DNA of 64,000 nucleotides from an uncultured Candidatus Poseidoniales archaeon (GTDB taxonomy: Archaea > Thermoplasmatota > Poseidoniia > Poseidoniales > Thalassarchaeaceae): NCBI GenBank assembly GCA_963934165.1, contig CAWVXH010000002.1:38650-102649 (forward strand). Reading direction: 5' to 3'. Positions within the stretch are counted from its first letter, which is position 1, and every line of letters starts with the position of its first letter. Below, piece by piece: positions 9,561 to 19,804 of the stretch. The notes beneath the pieces were generated by a model that saw nothing but the letters and a program-made list of their open reading frames with translations, did no database searches and was not told the origin of the DNA. The position numbers and the translations under genes were made by a program.

Positions 9561-12500
9561 TCAAGCAGTTACAAGGCCGCCATCGCGGCTCCAGTATCGT
9601 GTGCAATCGAAGGAAACTGCTCCATCTGCTGCAACACTGAAGGTTCCAACACAATATCCGTTTCCTGCAACATCTCCAACTGCGTCAAATGTGTGAAGAC
9701 CACTTGCACCAACGAAGTTGTTACCTACTGCTGGGATGATCGCACCTAGTGGAGTTCCCGGAGGGCTCGCTAGTTGGGTAAATACTGAATATCCCATAAT
9801 GAGCATTGCATCGAAAGCTTCTGCTGTGTAAATTCCACCTGCACAATCAGGTATTTCACCGCAAATTGCTGCGAAAGCCATCGAGCGCTCACTAGGAACT
9901 GCTGATGCTGGCTTGGTTGCTACAACTCCATCGACAATAGAAGTATCAGCCATACCTGCTGCTAATCCTTCTTCAGCGACACCATCTCCACCGAAAATTA
10001 ATCCGGTGAATCCTTGTGCCGAAAGTTCTTCGACAAGTGCTGCACCATCAGCTGCGTAAGAAACTAGCATTACACTGTCACAGTTAGCATCCATAACTTG
10101 CTGAACTTGTGCAGTGAAATCAGTTCTTGTATCTTCATAACCAATCCTTGCACAAAGCACCGTTCCATCTTCTGTCCATGCTGCATCGAATGAATCAGCT
10201 AAGCCAGATCCGTAATCGTTAGTCATGTACAATAGAGCAACACTGGTGCCGCCATCAGCAGCAACAACGTCTGCGAGAGCTGGTCCCTGAATCGCATCGC
10301 TTGGTACAACACGGAAGAAGAGCGGGTATGCGGACGCATCGCTCAATCCTGGGTTGGTACTAGCGTAGGAAATCATTGGGATACCCGCCGCCGAAAGAAT
10401 ACCATTAGCTGCCATTGTTGCACCAGAACATGCTGCTCCGACAACTCCGACAACTCCTGCATCAATCAATGTCTGTGCTCCTGTTGCCGCAACGTCACCG
10501 CTGCAACCAGAATCAACCATTACTAATTCAAACTGAAGTCCTGCACCCCATCCACCGATATTCATCATCTCGAGTGCAATATTAGCTGCAACACCGAATC
10601 CAGGTGCATAAACTGCAATTGGCCCAGTCATTGGATTCAAGAAACCAATCTTAACAGTCATTCCTGTGAATTCAGTTTCCTGCATTCCTCCATCCAATGT
10701 CCAGTAGTCATAGCAACCGAAGTAAACATCGACTGAGGATAGAGCATCAAAGGTACAGAACTCAAATCCTGAACCAGCGACATCTCCATTCGCATCGAAT
10801 GTGTGGGAGCCGCTTGCACCTTCGTATGTGCCGATCATTCCCATGTGTTCTACCATATTTGCTCCATCTTCCATCATAGCAGCCTTACCCATAATCATCA
10901 CTGAATCATATGTTTCTGCTGTGTAAACTCCACCAGCACATTCTGCATCTGCAGCACAGCGCTCATTGAAATCTCCGAAAGAGGATGCTGCGCGAGACTT
11001 AACCGCGATTAATCCGTCTAGGATATATGGCGCGGCAGATAATCCAATTACTTCTTCAGATGCTAGAGCTTCCATACCGATAACTGGAATACCTAAACCA
11101 GCGAATGCCATTTGTTCTAGAAGAGCTAATCCATCATCAGTATAGCTGACGAGAACCATCGAGTCACAACCAGCATCTGCAATAGCCTGAATTTCTGCAG
11201 AGAAGTCCGTTTGCATTTCATCGTATCCGATTTCAGTACAAACTGAACCACCAGCACCAGCCCAATATCCGCCAATAACAGCGCCCATTCCGGCACCGTA
11301 ATCATTGGTCATGTAAACTAGAGCAGGATTTGCAAATCCTTCTGACATCATCAAAGTAACCATTGCTGGACCCTGAATTGTCGCAGGAGGAACTACTCTG
11401 TAGAAGTCCGGCGCCATGCTTAGAGCAGGATCTCGGCTAGTGGGGGAAATCATTGGGATTCCCGCTGCCGAAAGAATTGCATTCGCTGCGTGTGAAGCTG
11501 CGGAACAAACTGCTCCGATAACTCCTACAACACCTGCATCTGCCAATGTTTGTGCTCCGGTAGCTGCTGTATCACCGTTGCAACCGGAATCTGCTTCAAT
11601 TATCTCGAAGTTTCCGCCCATTGCGTTCAGATCAGCCACAGCCATGGAGGCCGCTTGAACTGCAGGTCCAATCAATCCAGCAACAGGGCCGGTTCTAGGA
11701 ATTAACAATCCAAGTTTTGTAGGCGGGTATGTGCAACTACCATCATTGGATGTCGCATCGGCGTCGTAGTTGACTGCATCCGAATCCATGCACCCATATG
11801 CATCGTTGCTTGCAACGCCTGCATAGTGGAATGCTATCTCATCAGCGATTGCGTTGCCGATATCGACATCGAAACCTTCTGCATTACCATCAGCATCAAG
11901 ATTCTCAAATGGAGGGTATGAAGTATCTGAGCAGAATTTTAGATTACCTGATTCTAGAACTTGTGTTAGTCTGCTACCTTCTGTTGCCATAGGGTATACT
12001 GTTGCTGTGTCTACGGTGCGGTCATCGGTTAGGACAACTGCGCCATCGAACCATGCACTGAAAATTAAATCATATTCTCCAGAATCAATTAGTGCAGTAA
12101 TTGCTACATCCAATGCGCCAAGAAGTTCTGAATCGCCATCATCGACAGCAAGCCCGAATGTCTCATCTGAGAAAGTAACCATTAGATCACCAGATAGTGC
12201 CATTACAGGAGAGTCTCCTATAGCATAATCTGCATCACCGTTACTGATTGATGCCGTTACTGACGGGAAGTCAGCGTATGCAACAATTGTTGCGTCTGGT
12301 AAATTTGCATTAGTCCAGATATCTGAAGTTGTTCCAGATTGGACTGCTACTCTTGTACCAGCAGCATTTAGATCAAGAGCATCAGATATCATAGCAGAAC
12401 CTGAGGCACCGATTACACCCTGGCTACTTGTGTAGTAACCACGTGTGAAATCAACCACAAGTTCTCTTTCATCGGTCTTGGTCATAGCAGAAAGGATTGC

Positions 12501-12797
12501 GTCACACATCTCTCCGTCGTTCAAGTTGGGGATAATCGGATCCCAGTCTGAAGTCACGAAAACTGCGTTGACATCGTCAGCGGCAGTTAGTGACCATTCA
12601 GGTTCCGGTTCGTCGTGCGTACACGAACCATCATCGGATGTCGCATCGGCATTGTAGTTGTTCGCAGTAGCGTCCATACAGCCCAATACATCTTCCGGTT
12701 CAGGTTCAGGTTCGTCTTCCCCGCCTAAGCAACCAGCGAACGCAGCCGCTAGCATACTTAGGGTCATTATCATTGCAATTATTTTCTTATTTTCCAT
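9561..12797 (-). CDS. Multi-domain ABC substrate-binding lipoprotein (permuted family-3 domain + two LivJ-type domains)
   Basis: Signal/lipobox MENKK...AAFAGC; SBP3 motifs (SYPPFE, GFDVDIG, VDFT, ETFGLAV); two copies of KxG.L.P.TGP...DSGC...VVGV.GA.CS...IPMIS. Start at MENKK follows a GGGTGA SD. Confidence 0.9.
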   Translation of the reverse strand: MENKKIIAMIMTLSMLAAAFAGCLGGEDEPEPEPEDVLGCMDATANNYNADATSDDGSCTHDEPEPEWSLTAADDVNAVFVTSDWDPIIPNLNDGEMCDAILSAMTKTDERELVVDFTRGYYTSSQGVIGASGSAMISDALDLNAAGTRVAVQSGTTSDIWTNANLPDATIVAYADFPSVTASISNGDADYAIGDSPVMALSGDLMVTFSDETFGLAVDDGDSELLGALDVAITALIDSGEYDLIFSAWFDGAVVLTDDRTVDTATVYPMATEGSRLTQVLESGNLKFCSDTSYPPFENLDADGNAEGFDVDIGNAIADEIAFHYAGVASNDAYGCMDSDAVNYDADATSNDGSCTYPPTKLGLLIPRTGPVAGLIGPAVQAASMAVADLNAMGGNFEIIEADSGCNGDTAATGAQTLADAGVVGVIGAVCSAASHAANAILSAAGIPMISPTSRDPALSMAPDFYRVVPPATIQGPAMVTLMMSEGFANPALVYMTNDYGAGMGAVIGGYWAGAGGSVCTEIGYDEMQTDFSAEIQAIADAGCDSMVLVSYTDDGLALLEQMAFAGLGIPVIGMEALASEEVIGLSAAPYILDGLIAVKSRAASSFGDFNERCAADAECAGGVYTAETYDSVMIMGKAAMMEDGANMVEHMGMIGTYEGASGSHTFDANGDVAGSGFEFCTFDALSSVDVYFGCYDYWTLDGGMQETEFTGMTVKIGFLNPMTGPIAVYAPGFGVAANIALEMMNIGGWGAGLQFELVMVDSGCSGDVAATGAQTLIDAGVVGVVGAACSGATMAANGILSAAGIPMISYASTNPGLSDASAYPLFFRVVPSDAIQGPALADVVAADGGTSVALLYMTNDYGSGLADSFDAAWTEDGTVLCARIGYEDTRTDFTAQVQQVMDANCDSVMLVSYAADGAALVEELSAQGFTGLIFGGDGVAEEGLAAGMADTSIVDGVVATKPASAVPSERSMAFAAICGEIPDCAGGIYTAEAFDAMLIMGYSVFTQLASPPGTPLGAIIPAVGNNFVGASGLHTFDAVGDVAGNGYCVGTFSVAADGAVSFDCTRYWSRDGGLVTA

Positions 12798-12993
12798 TGA
12801 GTATTCACCCTTCAGTCTCCTACGCGAGAAAGTATTTCTATTATAGACATTATTACGCAATTGTCAAAAAGGTGCTTTCTTAGGGTGATTGATTAAGGAA
12901 ATATCTATGTTTTAGATAGAAAAAGAGTTTTTCGACCCATCAAAGAAAATATCAAACAGAATTGTTCATGCGCTAGTGCCACTTCACAAGGTC

Positions 12994-14124
12994 ATGAAAG
13001 ACACGCCGCTCGACTATGCCTCATCGGGCGTGGACATCGATGCAGAAGGGGCGGCGGTTGCAAGTTTAATCGGAGCATTGAGCCCATCTACCCGTAAACC
13101 CGGTGAATATGGTGCCCCTGTCCCATTACCTGGAGGATTTGGAGGAATTATCGAATTTGGAGATTCCTGCCTCGCCCTTGCCGCCGATGGCGTCGGATCG
13201 AAATTGATGCTCGCTAATCAACTCGGACGGTACGAGGGTGTTGGTATCGATTGTGTCGCGATGAACGTTAACGACTTACTTTGTGTCGGCGCAGAACCAC
13301 TCGCCTTCGTGGATTATGTCGCCGTGGTCAAAACCGACCCTGAAACTCATGCAATTCTCGGCGCATCTCTCGCTGAAGCTTGCAGACGCGCTCGTATCAC
13401 TCTCGCTGGCGGTGAAACCGCGACACTGCCTGGAATCGTAACAGAACTTGACATGTCTGGAACTGCCTTAGGCTGGTTCCCTAAAGGTGAAGCAATCACT
13501 GGTGAAAACCTCGAAGCTGGAGACCTTCTGATCGGTTTACCGAGCAGTGGGATCCATTCTAACGGTTACACATTGGTAAGAGCAATTCTCGAAAGAACAG
13601 GCTCTTCTCTAACCGAAGCTGCCCCATTCGATTCTACACATGCACCTCGTGAAATCGAGAGGTTTGAAGGAAATAACAGCACCTCTCGAGTAAGTTTAGG
13701 TGAAGTTTTGCTGAATCCTACAAGAATTTATGTCGACCCATTAATCGATTTAATCAAACAGTGTAGAGATGGTAATGGACCTTGTGAAATCAGTGAAATA
13801 AAAGCGATGGCGCACATCACCGGAGGGGGACTTTCAAACCTTCTTCGCCTACACAAAAGTTTGGGTTGGCATATCGAAAGCCCACTTCCTATCCCACCTG
13901 AATTCACTTGGTTGGCTGAACAAGGTTCTGTCGAAATTCGTGAGATGCATCGTACCTTCAATATGGGCCTAGGAATGGTTCTCGTAGTCTCCCAAAGTGC
14001 CGCTCAATCTGTCCAATCATGGATATCTGAGCGGCTGCCTGGTAGTCAGATAATCGGTGTCGTTAACGATGATGGAAACCGTGTGACTCACTTTAATTCA
14101 GAAGTGACTTTCGAACATTATTGA
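12994..14124 (+). CDS. purM: Phosphoribosylformylglycinamidine cyclo-ligase (AIR synthase)
   Basis: DYASSGVDID, DGVGSK, DCVAMNVNDLLCVGAEP, GGETA, SSGIHSNG, AHITGGG, TFNMGLG. Confidence 0.96.
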   Translation: MKDTPLDYASSGVDIDAEGAAVASLIGALSPSTRKPGEYGAPVPLPGGFGGIIEFGDSCLALAADGVGSKLMLANQLGRYEGVGIDCVAMNVNDLLCVGAEPLAFVDYVAVVKTDPETHAILGASLAEACRRARITLAGGETATLPGIVTELDMSGTALGWFPKGEAITGENLEAGDLLIGLPSSGIHSNGYTLVRAILERTGSSLTEAAPFDSTHAPREIERFEGNNSTSRVSLGEVLLNPTRIYVDPLIDLIKQCRDGNGPCEISEIKAMAHITGGGLSNLLRLHKSLGWHIESPLPIPPEFTWLAEQGSVEIREMHRTFNMGLGMVLVVSQSAAQSVQSWISERLPGSQIIGVVNDDGNRVTHFNSEVTFEHY

Positions 14125-14173
14125 GTCGGGCTTAGGTAGTCAATACCTTGTGTGATGGGCTTGTCGGAAGCCT

Positions 14174-15496
14174 ATGGAGAAACTCGCTGGTTGGCCAGGT
14201 GAGCTTCATCGAGAGGGACGGACATTATTCCGAATTTCGGATGGAGCTTCTCAGAAAGGAGTTGGTCCAGCAACAAAGGATTCGACTGTTGTCTTCTACA
14301 ATCCGGCGATGGCGGGTTCACGAACCCGCAGTGTGATTTTGATGCAAACAATCATCGAGTCAGGATATCTTGGTGAGAAGGAAATTTACGCAATTGATGG
14401 ATTGTCTGCTAGCGGATTACGGGCACGACGCTGGTTGAACGAATTGCCGGAAAAAATTGCAGCTCGGCTCGATGTTACAATTTGCGATATGGATGAAAAA
14501 TCACTCAATTGGGCAATGGCGACACATGAGGAATTTCCTCCAAACAAATTTGGAATTTTGAGGAAGAGAGTAGGTGATTTGCGCACAGCGGTACTCGATC
14601 ATGGTCGACATTGGGTCGATATCGACCCATTCGGCACACCGATGCCATTTCTCGATACCGCGATCCAATCATTAGCTCGCAGAGCGGTTATCGAAGTTAG
14701 TGCAACAGATTCGGCGGCATTGACTGGCTCATCAAAATCTGCACTACTCCGCCGCTATGGCGCTCGTGTTTTGACAGATGGGTTGTGCCATGATTCTGGA
14801 ATGCGGGTGATGCTTGCCAATATCGCTCGAATCGCAGCCAGCCACGACCGCTTTATTGAGCCGATTCTATCAATTTGGGATTCGCATCACCTTAGAGTTT
14901 CTGTTAAGGTTACGAAATCAATAGAAGGTGCAAATCGATTCGAAGAAAATATCGGTTGGAGAATCGCAAAACCTGTTGAATCAGAAGTATTGGTTTCAAT
15001 CAAAAATAATCTACATCCAAAATCGAATCTTGACATCTTACCAATGCATTGTTTCGTCCCATTGAGTCAACCTGTGGATAGTGGAGACAAGCGGATTTCT
15101 GGACCGATGTGGATTGGTCCAACCGGAGTGAGAGAAGTAATGGAGAATATTACTGAACAAGCAACATTTTCACTATCTTCTCCAATATTTCGAATAGATG
15201 ACCCCCTGGGGTGGAGTGAAAAAGAAATTGAACTAGAACAGCGAAAAATTTCAAGGAATGTGCGTTACATTTCAAGCGAAGCCACTGCGATTCATTCCCC
15301 GCATTTTATCCTCACCGATGATTTGGCAAGTTGGTTGAAAATCGGCTCACCTCCCAGTCCAAATATTATGGTAGAATTACTTGAAGAAAGGGGGCACTGT
15401 GCAGCTAGAGCTCATTATGCAAAACCTGCATTTCGAACCGATGCACCGTGGCATATTATTGTTGAAGTTGCAAATTCAATTCAGTCAGAAAGTTGA
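14174..15496 (+). CDS. trm1: tRNA (guanine26-N2)-dimethyltransferase
   Basis: VFYNPAM...R, DGLSASGLRARR, DIDPFGTP, SATD, GPMWIG, FRTDAP. Confidence 0.88.
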   Translation: MEKLAGWPGELHREGRTLFRISDGASQKGVGPATKDSTVVFYNPAMAGSRTRSVILMQTIIESGYLGEKEIYAIDGLSASGLRARRWLNELPEKIAARLDVTICDMDEKSLNWAMATHEEFPPNKFGILRKRVGDLRTAVLDHGRHWVDIDPFGTPMPFLDTAIQSLARRAVIEVSATDSAALTGSSKSALLRRYGARVLTDGLCHDSGMRVMLANIARIAASHDRFIEPILSIWDSHHLRVSVKVTKSIEGANRFEENIGWRIAKPVESEVLVSIKNNLHPKSNLDILPMHCFVPLSQPVDSGDKRISGPMWIGPTGVREVMENITEQATFSLSSPIFRIDDPLGWSEKEIELEQRKISRNVRYISSEATAIHSPHFILTDDLASWLKIGSPPSPNIMVELLEERGHCAARAHYAKPAFRTDAPWHIIVEVANSIQSES

Positions 15497-15529
15497 CTTA
15501 TTCGAAAAATTCCGAAGCGAATTTTCGAC

Positions 15530-16537
15530 TCATCCCCCGATATATGACATTTCGATTCGAGGTAATGACCTGGTTTCACTGGAGCGATTTTCGCTATAGC
15601 GGTCGTCACGACGCTGCCAAATCGCAGCAATGGCTTCATTCAATTCATCCTCACTAGTCTCACTCTGAATCAGAGCGCGAATATCATGCCCACCAGTAGC
15701 GAACAGGCAAGTTACCAATAGCCCGTCTGCAGACAAACGGATGCGAGAACAATTTTCACAGAAGGGTTCGGATACAGATGAAATAAATCCAATTTCTCCC
15801 GAACCATCAGAATGAACCCAACGAACTGCGACTTCGCTTGGATTCTCTGATTCAAGTGGAACTAAATCAAATATTGTTTTGAGATGAGAAAGAATCTTTT
15901 CTGAGGGGACAATCTGCCCTAATTGCCAACCATTTGTTCGTCCAACATCCATATATTCGATAAAACGAACAACAACACCTGTTCCACGAAAATGTGTGAT
16001 GAGTTTTTCGATTTCAGATTCGTTAACACCACGCTGGACAACACAATTGACTTTCACAGGAGACAAACCTGCCTCCCGTGCGGCATCTATTCCATCCAAT
16101 ACATCCTCAACCGGAATCGCACTATCTGTCATTACAGAATGAATATTGGGGTCTAAGGCATCCAAACTTACAGTCACACGAGACAAACCGGCTTCGCGTA
16201 AATTTTCAGCCTGATCTCGCAAAAGAGACCCGTTCGTTGTCAAAGCAACCTCAAGGCCGAGGGAAGATATTCGTCGGACCAAATCGGCTAAACCTGGCCG
16301 TAATAGTGGTTCGCCACCAGTAATTCGGACTTTTTCCAAACCAAGGGGAAGACAAGAGCGAACCACTTTTTCGATTTCTTCAAAGGATAATAGGGCACGG
16401 CGTGGAAGAAAAGTATGGCTTTCACCAAACCTTTCTCTAGGCATGCAATAACGGCAGCGAAAATTACATCTATCCGTAACCGAAATACGCAAATCTTTCA
16501 ATTGCCGGTCAAATACATCGAGCACGGTTGGCTGCAC
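15530..16537 (-). CDS. moaA: GTP 3',8-cyclase (molybdenum cofactor biosynthesis)
   Basis: LRISVTDRCNFRCRYCMP, TGGEPLLR, FCENCSRIRL...CLF, C-terminal MSYIGG. Confidence 0.96.
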   Translation of the reverse strand: MQPTVLDVFDRQLKDLRISVTDRCNFRCRYCMPRERFGESHTFLPRRALLSFEEIEKVVRSCLPLGLEKVRITGGEPLLRPGLADLVRRISSLGLEVALTTNGSLLRDQAENLREAGLSRVTVSLDALDPNIHSVMTDSAIPVEDVLDGIDAAREAGLSPVKVNCVVQRGVNESEIEKLITHFRGTGVVVRFIEYMDVGRTNGWQLGQIVPSEKILSHLKTIFDLVPLESENPSEVAVRWVHSDGSGEIGFISSVSEPFCENCSRIRLSADGLLVTCLFATGGHDIRALIQSETSEDELNEAIAAIWQRRDDRYSENRSSETRSLPRIEMSYIGG

Positions 16538-16623
16538 AACCTTGCCAACCGAATCAAGGCAATTAGTGTTACTCGATAAAAGACAGGTTGAAAAACGGCA
16601 GACTTCAGGGGAGGATGAGAATT

Positions 16624-17187
16624 ATGTTGACTATCACCGACAAGGCTCGTGAGATGCTCGAACAATTCATTTCTCAAGCAGATGGTGGAAAAGACCTTGC
16701 TGTTCGAATTGAAATTATTGGCCGAGGTCCGAAAGGCTTCCAATATGATTTGCAATTGATTGAAAATAAAGATTTGAAGGATGACGATATACTGACAAAT
16801 TCAAGTGGTTTTGATGTGATAATCGCGCAAAGAAGCGTTCAATACATAGATGGAACAACTCTAGATTTCAAGGAGACACTGATGGGGGGTGGTTTCTCTT
16901 TCGAGAATCCCAATCCCCTCTGGATTGACGAATTATCCCAATCCGTAGCTGAAATTATTGAAGAGAAAGTGAATCCCGCTGTGGCTTCACACGGCGGACA
17001 TGTTGATTTTATCGGCATCAATGAGGGTAAGGCATTGATCGCCTTCGGTGGTGGATGCCAAGGCTGTGGTATGGCCGATGTGACTCTGAAACAAGGAGTT
17101 GAAGTAATGATAATCGAGAATGTACCTGGTATTACTGAAGTCGTCGATACAACCGATCACGCGGCTGGAACAAATCCATTCTACTAA
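16624..17187 (+). CDS. nfuA: Fe-S carrier NfuA (degenerate A-type domain + NifU-C domain)
   Basis: N-terminal HesB-like ITDKA...LDF...GFSFENPN lacking Cys; C-terminal NPAVASHGG...GGCQGC...TDH..G.NPFY. Confidence 0.88.
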   Translation: MLTITDKAREMLEQFISQADGGKDLAVRIEIIGRGPKGFQYDLQLIENKDLKDDDILTNSSGFDVIIAQRSVQYIDGTTLDFKETLMGGGFSFENPNPLWIDELSQSVAEIIEEKVNPAVASHGGHVDFIGINEGKALIAFGGGCQGCGMADVTLKQGVEVMIIENVPGITEVVDTTDHAAGTNPFY

Positions 17188-17958
17188 TCAGTAGACCATG
17201 TGGACTTCATCATCATCATCATCATCGCGTGGTGCTGGAAGGGCTGTTGATTGCGCGCGCTCGAAAGCTTCTCTGACGCGCGCTTCAATATTTCTTGCAT
17301 CGTCGAGTAATCCTTGAACAGGAATTTCCTTATCTAGAAGTTCAGATATCCCCTCGATAGCGATTAACGCAGCACGAGCGTCAGGATACATCGGATTGCA
17401 TTCGGCAAGCAGAGCAGTCACATCGAGACCTCTTCGCTCACCTTCAGCGATGAGATATCCCGAAATTCCTGAAACGATGCCGTGTTGAATTCGTTGAATT
17501 CCGGCATCATCAAGGTGATTTCTGCCTATTTGTGAAGAAGAAACTCCCCATAATTCACTATCTTCTTTAATTCCAAGTTCATTACTAACAACACCATCAA
17601 TGACAATTAGTCGATCGAAACCTCCCTTGGTGAACCATTCTAGGACGGTTTCGCCGAAATATATATCATTTTCAGACGGAAATTGTATTTCCGAAGTAAA
17701 AACTCCTATTTCTTCGCCTTGGTAGACACGAACAGGATGCTTTGGAATCGAATCGTGGATTAAGGCAATGGCAGGAAATTGAGGATGTAAAACAGTCCCC
17801 ATCACATCTAAATTCAACGAACTGATAAGATGTGATGTTGTGATCACACCAACTGAACCTACGGTGGAAAATCCACAAATAGCGGTTCCACCGAGGCGAT
17901 TCGGGTCTGCTTCAGCATGCAGAACCAATGGATAGGCCCCGTTGTGGTCTGCTCCCAT
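17188..17958 (-). CDS. PAC2-family proteasome assembly chaperone (paralog 1)
   Basis: GFSTVGSVG, HPVRVY, GIVSGISG, PDARAA. Confidence 0.85.
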   Translation of the reverse strand: MGADHNGAYPLVLHAEADPNRLGGTAICGFSTVGSVGVITTSHLISSLNLDVMGTVLHPQFPAIALIHDSIPKHPVRVYQGEEIGVFTSEIQFPSENDIYFGETVLEWFTKGGFDRLIVIDGVVSNELGIKEDSELWGVSSSQIGRNHLDDAGIQRIQHGIVSGISGYLIAEGERRGLDVTALLAECNPMYPDARAALIAIEGISELLDKEIPVQGLLDDARNIEARVREAFERAQSTALPAPRDDDDDDEVHMVY

Positions 17959-18071
17959 ATCAACCGCCTCTGTGTATAGATTTCTTGAATGCGACGGTTG
18001 AAAGTAACCTGCCCAATTTGTTAAAGAACGAGACGATAAATTTACAAAAGCCGACTATTCAGTATTAATTC

Positions 18072-18623
18072 ATGAGCGAGGGCGGTCGATCGGACGTAGG
18101 AAGAATCTACATTAGAGTGGGGAGTCAAGAAATAGATCTTTCCGGGTCAGCGAAAGAAATGGATGATGCTTGGCTAAAAATCAAAGAAGAGGGTTCGTGG
18201 ACTGCAAATTTATCTGTTATTCGAAAAGCTAGAGAAGAGGCTGTCGAAGCTGCTGCACAGCGAGCTATTCAAAGCGGAATCCCAGAGCGTGGCTCTGCGT
18301 TTCGTCGACTTTTGGATTCGTGTAATATCGAAAAAACAGGAGATGTTATTTTGGCGGCAATTCACTATCTACGATTTGTCGAAAAAGAGACTAATACACC
18401 TCCTCGTGAATTGAAAAATTTGATATCTTTAGCAGGAAAATGGACTGAGGGGGAAGTAGAAAAATGGAATTTTTCACTCTATATCAATCGTATGTTAGAG
18501 GGTGGAATCAGAGGAAATAAGCAAGAACCATTACTCCAATACCCAACAGGGATGCCAAAGAAAAACCGCTATGTTGTACTTACTGACGCCGGCCGAAATC
18601 ATATGGAAAGGGTCTCTTCTTGA
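18072..18623 (+). CDS. Hypothetical protein, possible C-terminal winged helix
   Basis: 183-aa ORF with a C-terminal YVVLTDAG wing-like motif; overlaps the next gene by 4 nt. Confidence 0.6.
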   Translation: MSEGGRSDVGRIYIRVGSQEIDLSGSAKEMDDAWLKIKEEGSWTANLSVIRKAREEAVEAAAQRAIQSGIPERGSAFRRLLDSCNIEKTGDVILAAIHYLRFVEKETNTPPRELKNLISLAGKWTEGEVEKWNFSLYINRMLEGGIRGNKQEPLLQYPTGMPKKNRYVVLTDAGRNHMERVSS

Positions 18624-19027
18624 GTGAAGAAGACACGCCAGAGAAGCCTGAGCACAAAGATTGGTCGTTTACGTCTCATATCGGCGAAGATTTGCGTGAT
18701 GTGAATCTCTCAGGAGCTGATTTGCGCAGAGCTGTTTTCGATGAAGCTGATTTAGAAGGTGCAAATCTCTCTGGCGCAGATCTGAGAAATGCCTCATTTT
18801 TACGAGCGAATTTGATGAAATGCGCATTTGATGGGGCTGATATGCGAGGAGCGAGATTCCTGAAGGCGAGAATGAACATGTCTAATTTTCAAAATACTAA
18901 GCTCGAAAATGCAGATTTACGGGGCATTCGGGGCCGATACGCAATATGGCGTGATGCAAATTGGTGGGATGCAAGAATGGATGACGAACTCGCAAAAGTT
19001 TTAGCAAAAAAATGGCCAAAACCCTAG
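18620..19027 (+). CDS. Pentapeptide repeat protein
   Basis: Tandem A(D/N)LxG repeats: DLRDV NLSGA DLRRA VFDEA DLEGA NLSGA DLRNA. Confidence 0.93.
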   Translation: MSEEDTPEKPEHKDWSFTSHIGEDLRDVNLSGADLRRAVFDEADLEGANLSGADLRNASFLRANLMKCAFDGADMRGARFLKARMNMSNFQNTKLENADLRGIRGRYAIWRDANWWDARMDDELAKVLAKKWPKP

Positions 19028-19440
19028 TTAGATTGCATCTTTTCCAATCCTTCACGCATCCATCCCGGGACGGGTATTTTCTTGTTCACCTGCCTCATAT
19101 CAGTACACACCGTAACTTGATCTGCTGTCCAGCATAGAATACCATCTTGATTACGGAATTCGTAGTGCCAAGTGACGGATGTGGTTCCTATTTTTGCAAC
19201 TTTGATAGAGCAATGAACTGTGTCGCCATAGGCTAGAGGGTGTAGGAACTGGGCTTCGCTGTGGACAAGAGGAAATGCGATTTGGTGTTCACTCAGAATC
19301 TCATTGTAATGCATGCCACAGGAGAACTCCCAGGATTCTTCGTAGAATCGGTGCGCTAGATCCCAAAATTTTGGATAGTAGACAATCTTTGCCAAATCGA
19401 CCATCGGGAAGTCGATACGTCGGCTTGATACGAACGTCAT
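19024..19440 (-). CDS. Acyl-CoA thioesterase (4HBT/YbgC hot-dog family)
   Basis: DLAKIVYYPKF, FPLVHSEAQFLHPLAYGD, IGTTS, KIPVPGW. Start moved to MTFV because the longer ORF overlaps a tRNA. Confidence 0.85.
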   Translation of the reverse strand: MTFVSSRRIDFPMVDLAKIVYYPKFWDLAHRFYEESWEFSCGMHYNEILSEHQIAFPLVHSEAQFLHPLAYGDTVHCSIKVAKIGTTSVTWHYEFRNQDGILCWTADQVTVCTDMRQVNKKIPVPGWMREGLEKMQSN

Positions 19441-19507
19441 GATATTGCGTCTATGTGATTCCGCTTGAACACTATGTTGACGCACCCAAGGGTTTCTGAC
19501 GAGTAAA

Positions 19508-19584
19508 TGGCGAATCTGCCGCGATTCGAACACGGGTTTCCAGCTCCGGAGGCTAGAGTGATATCCAGGCTACACTACAGATTC
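19508..19584 (-). tRNA. tRNA-Arg(CCG), CCA encoded
   Basis: Acceptor stem GAATCTG/CAGATTC, anticodon arm CTAGC-CTCCGGA-GCTGG, T loop TTCGAAT, 3' GCCA. Confidence 0.95.
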
Positions 19585-19727
19585 AGTAATATCGCGACAA
19601 GTAGGTCCTAAATGAATCGGTCGAAAGACTAGCATCTACTTTCAATCATCTAATGGCAGCTCTCAGCACAATCATAGATTGTGCCCAGATTCACCATCTA
19701 GTCTTGCTTTCACTAAGACCACCTAGA

Positions 19728-19804
19728 TGGCGGACCCACCGCGATTTGAACACGGGTTTGAGGCTCCGCAAGCCCCAGTGATATCCAGGCTACACTATGG
19801 GTCC
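19728..19804 (-). tRNA. tRNA-Arg(GCG), CCA encoded
   Basis: Acceptor stem GGACCCA/TGGGTCC, anticodon arm GGGGC-TTGCGGA-GCCTC, T loop TTCAAAT, 3' GCCA. Confidence 0.95.

Noticed and set aside
19441..19533. N-terminal extension of the thioesterase ORF
   Set aside because: It runs into tRNA-Arg(CCG); the ATG at 19440 fits the family.
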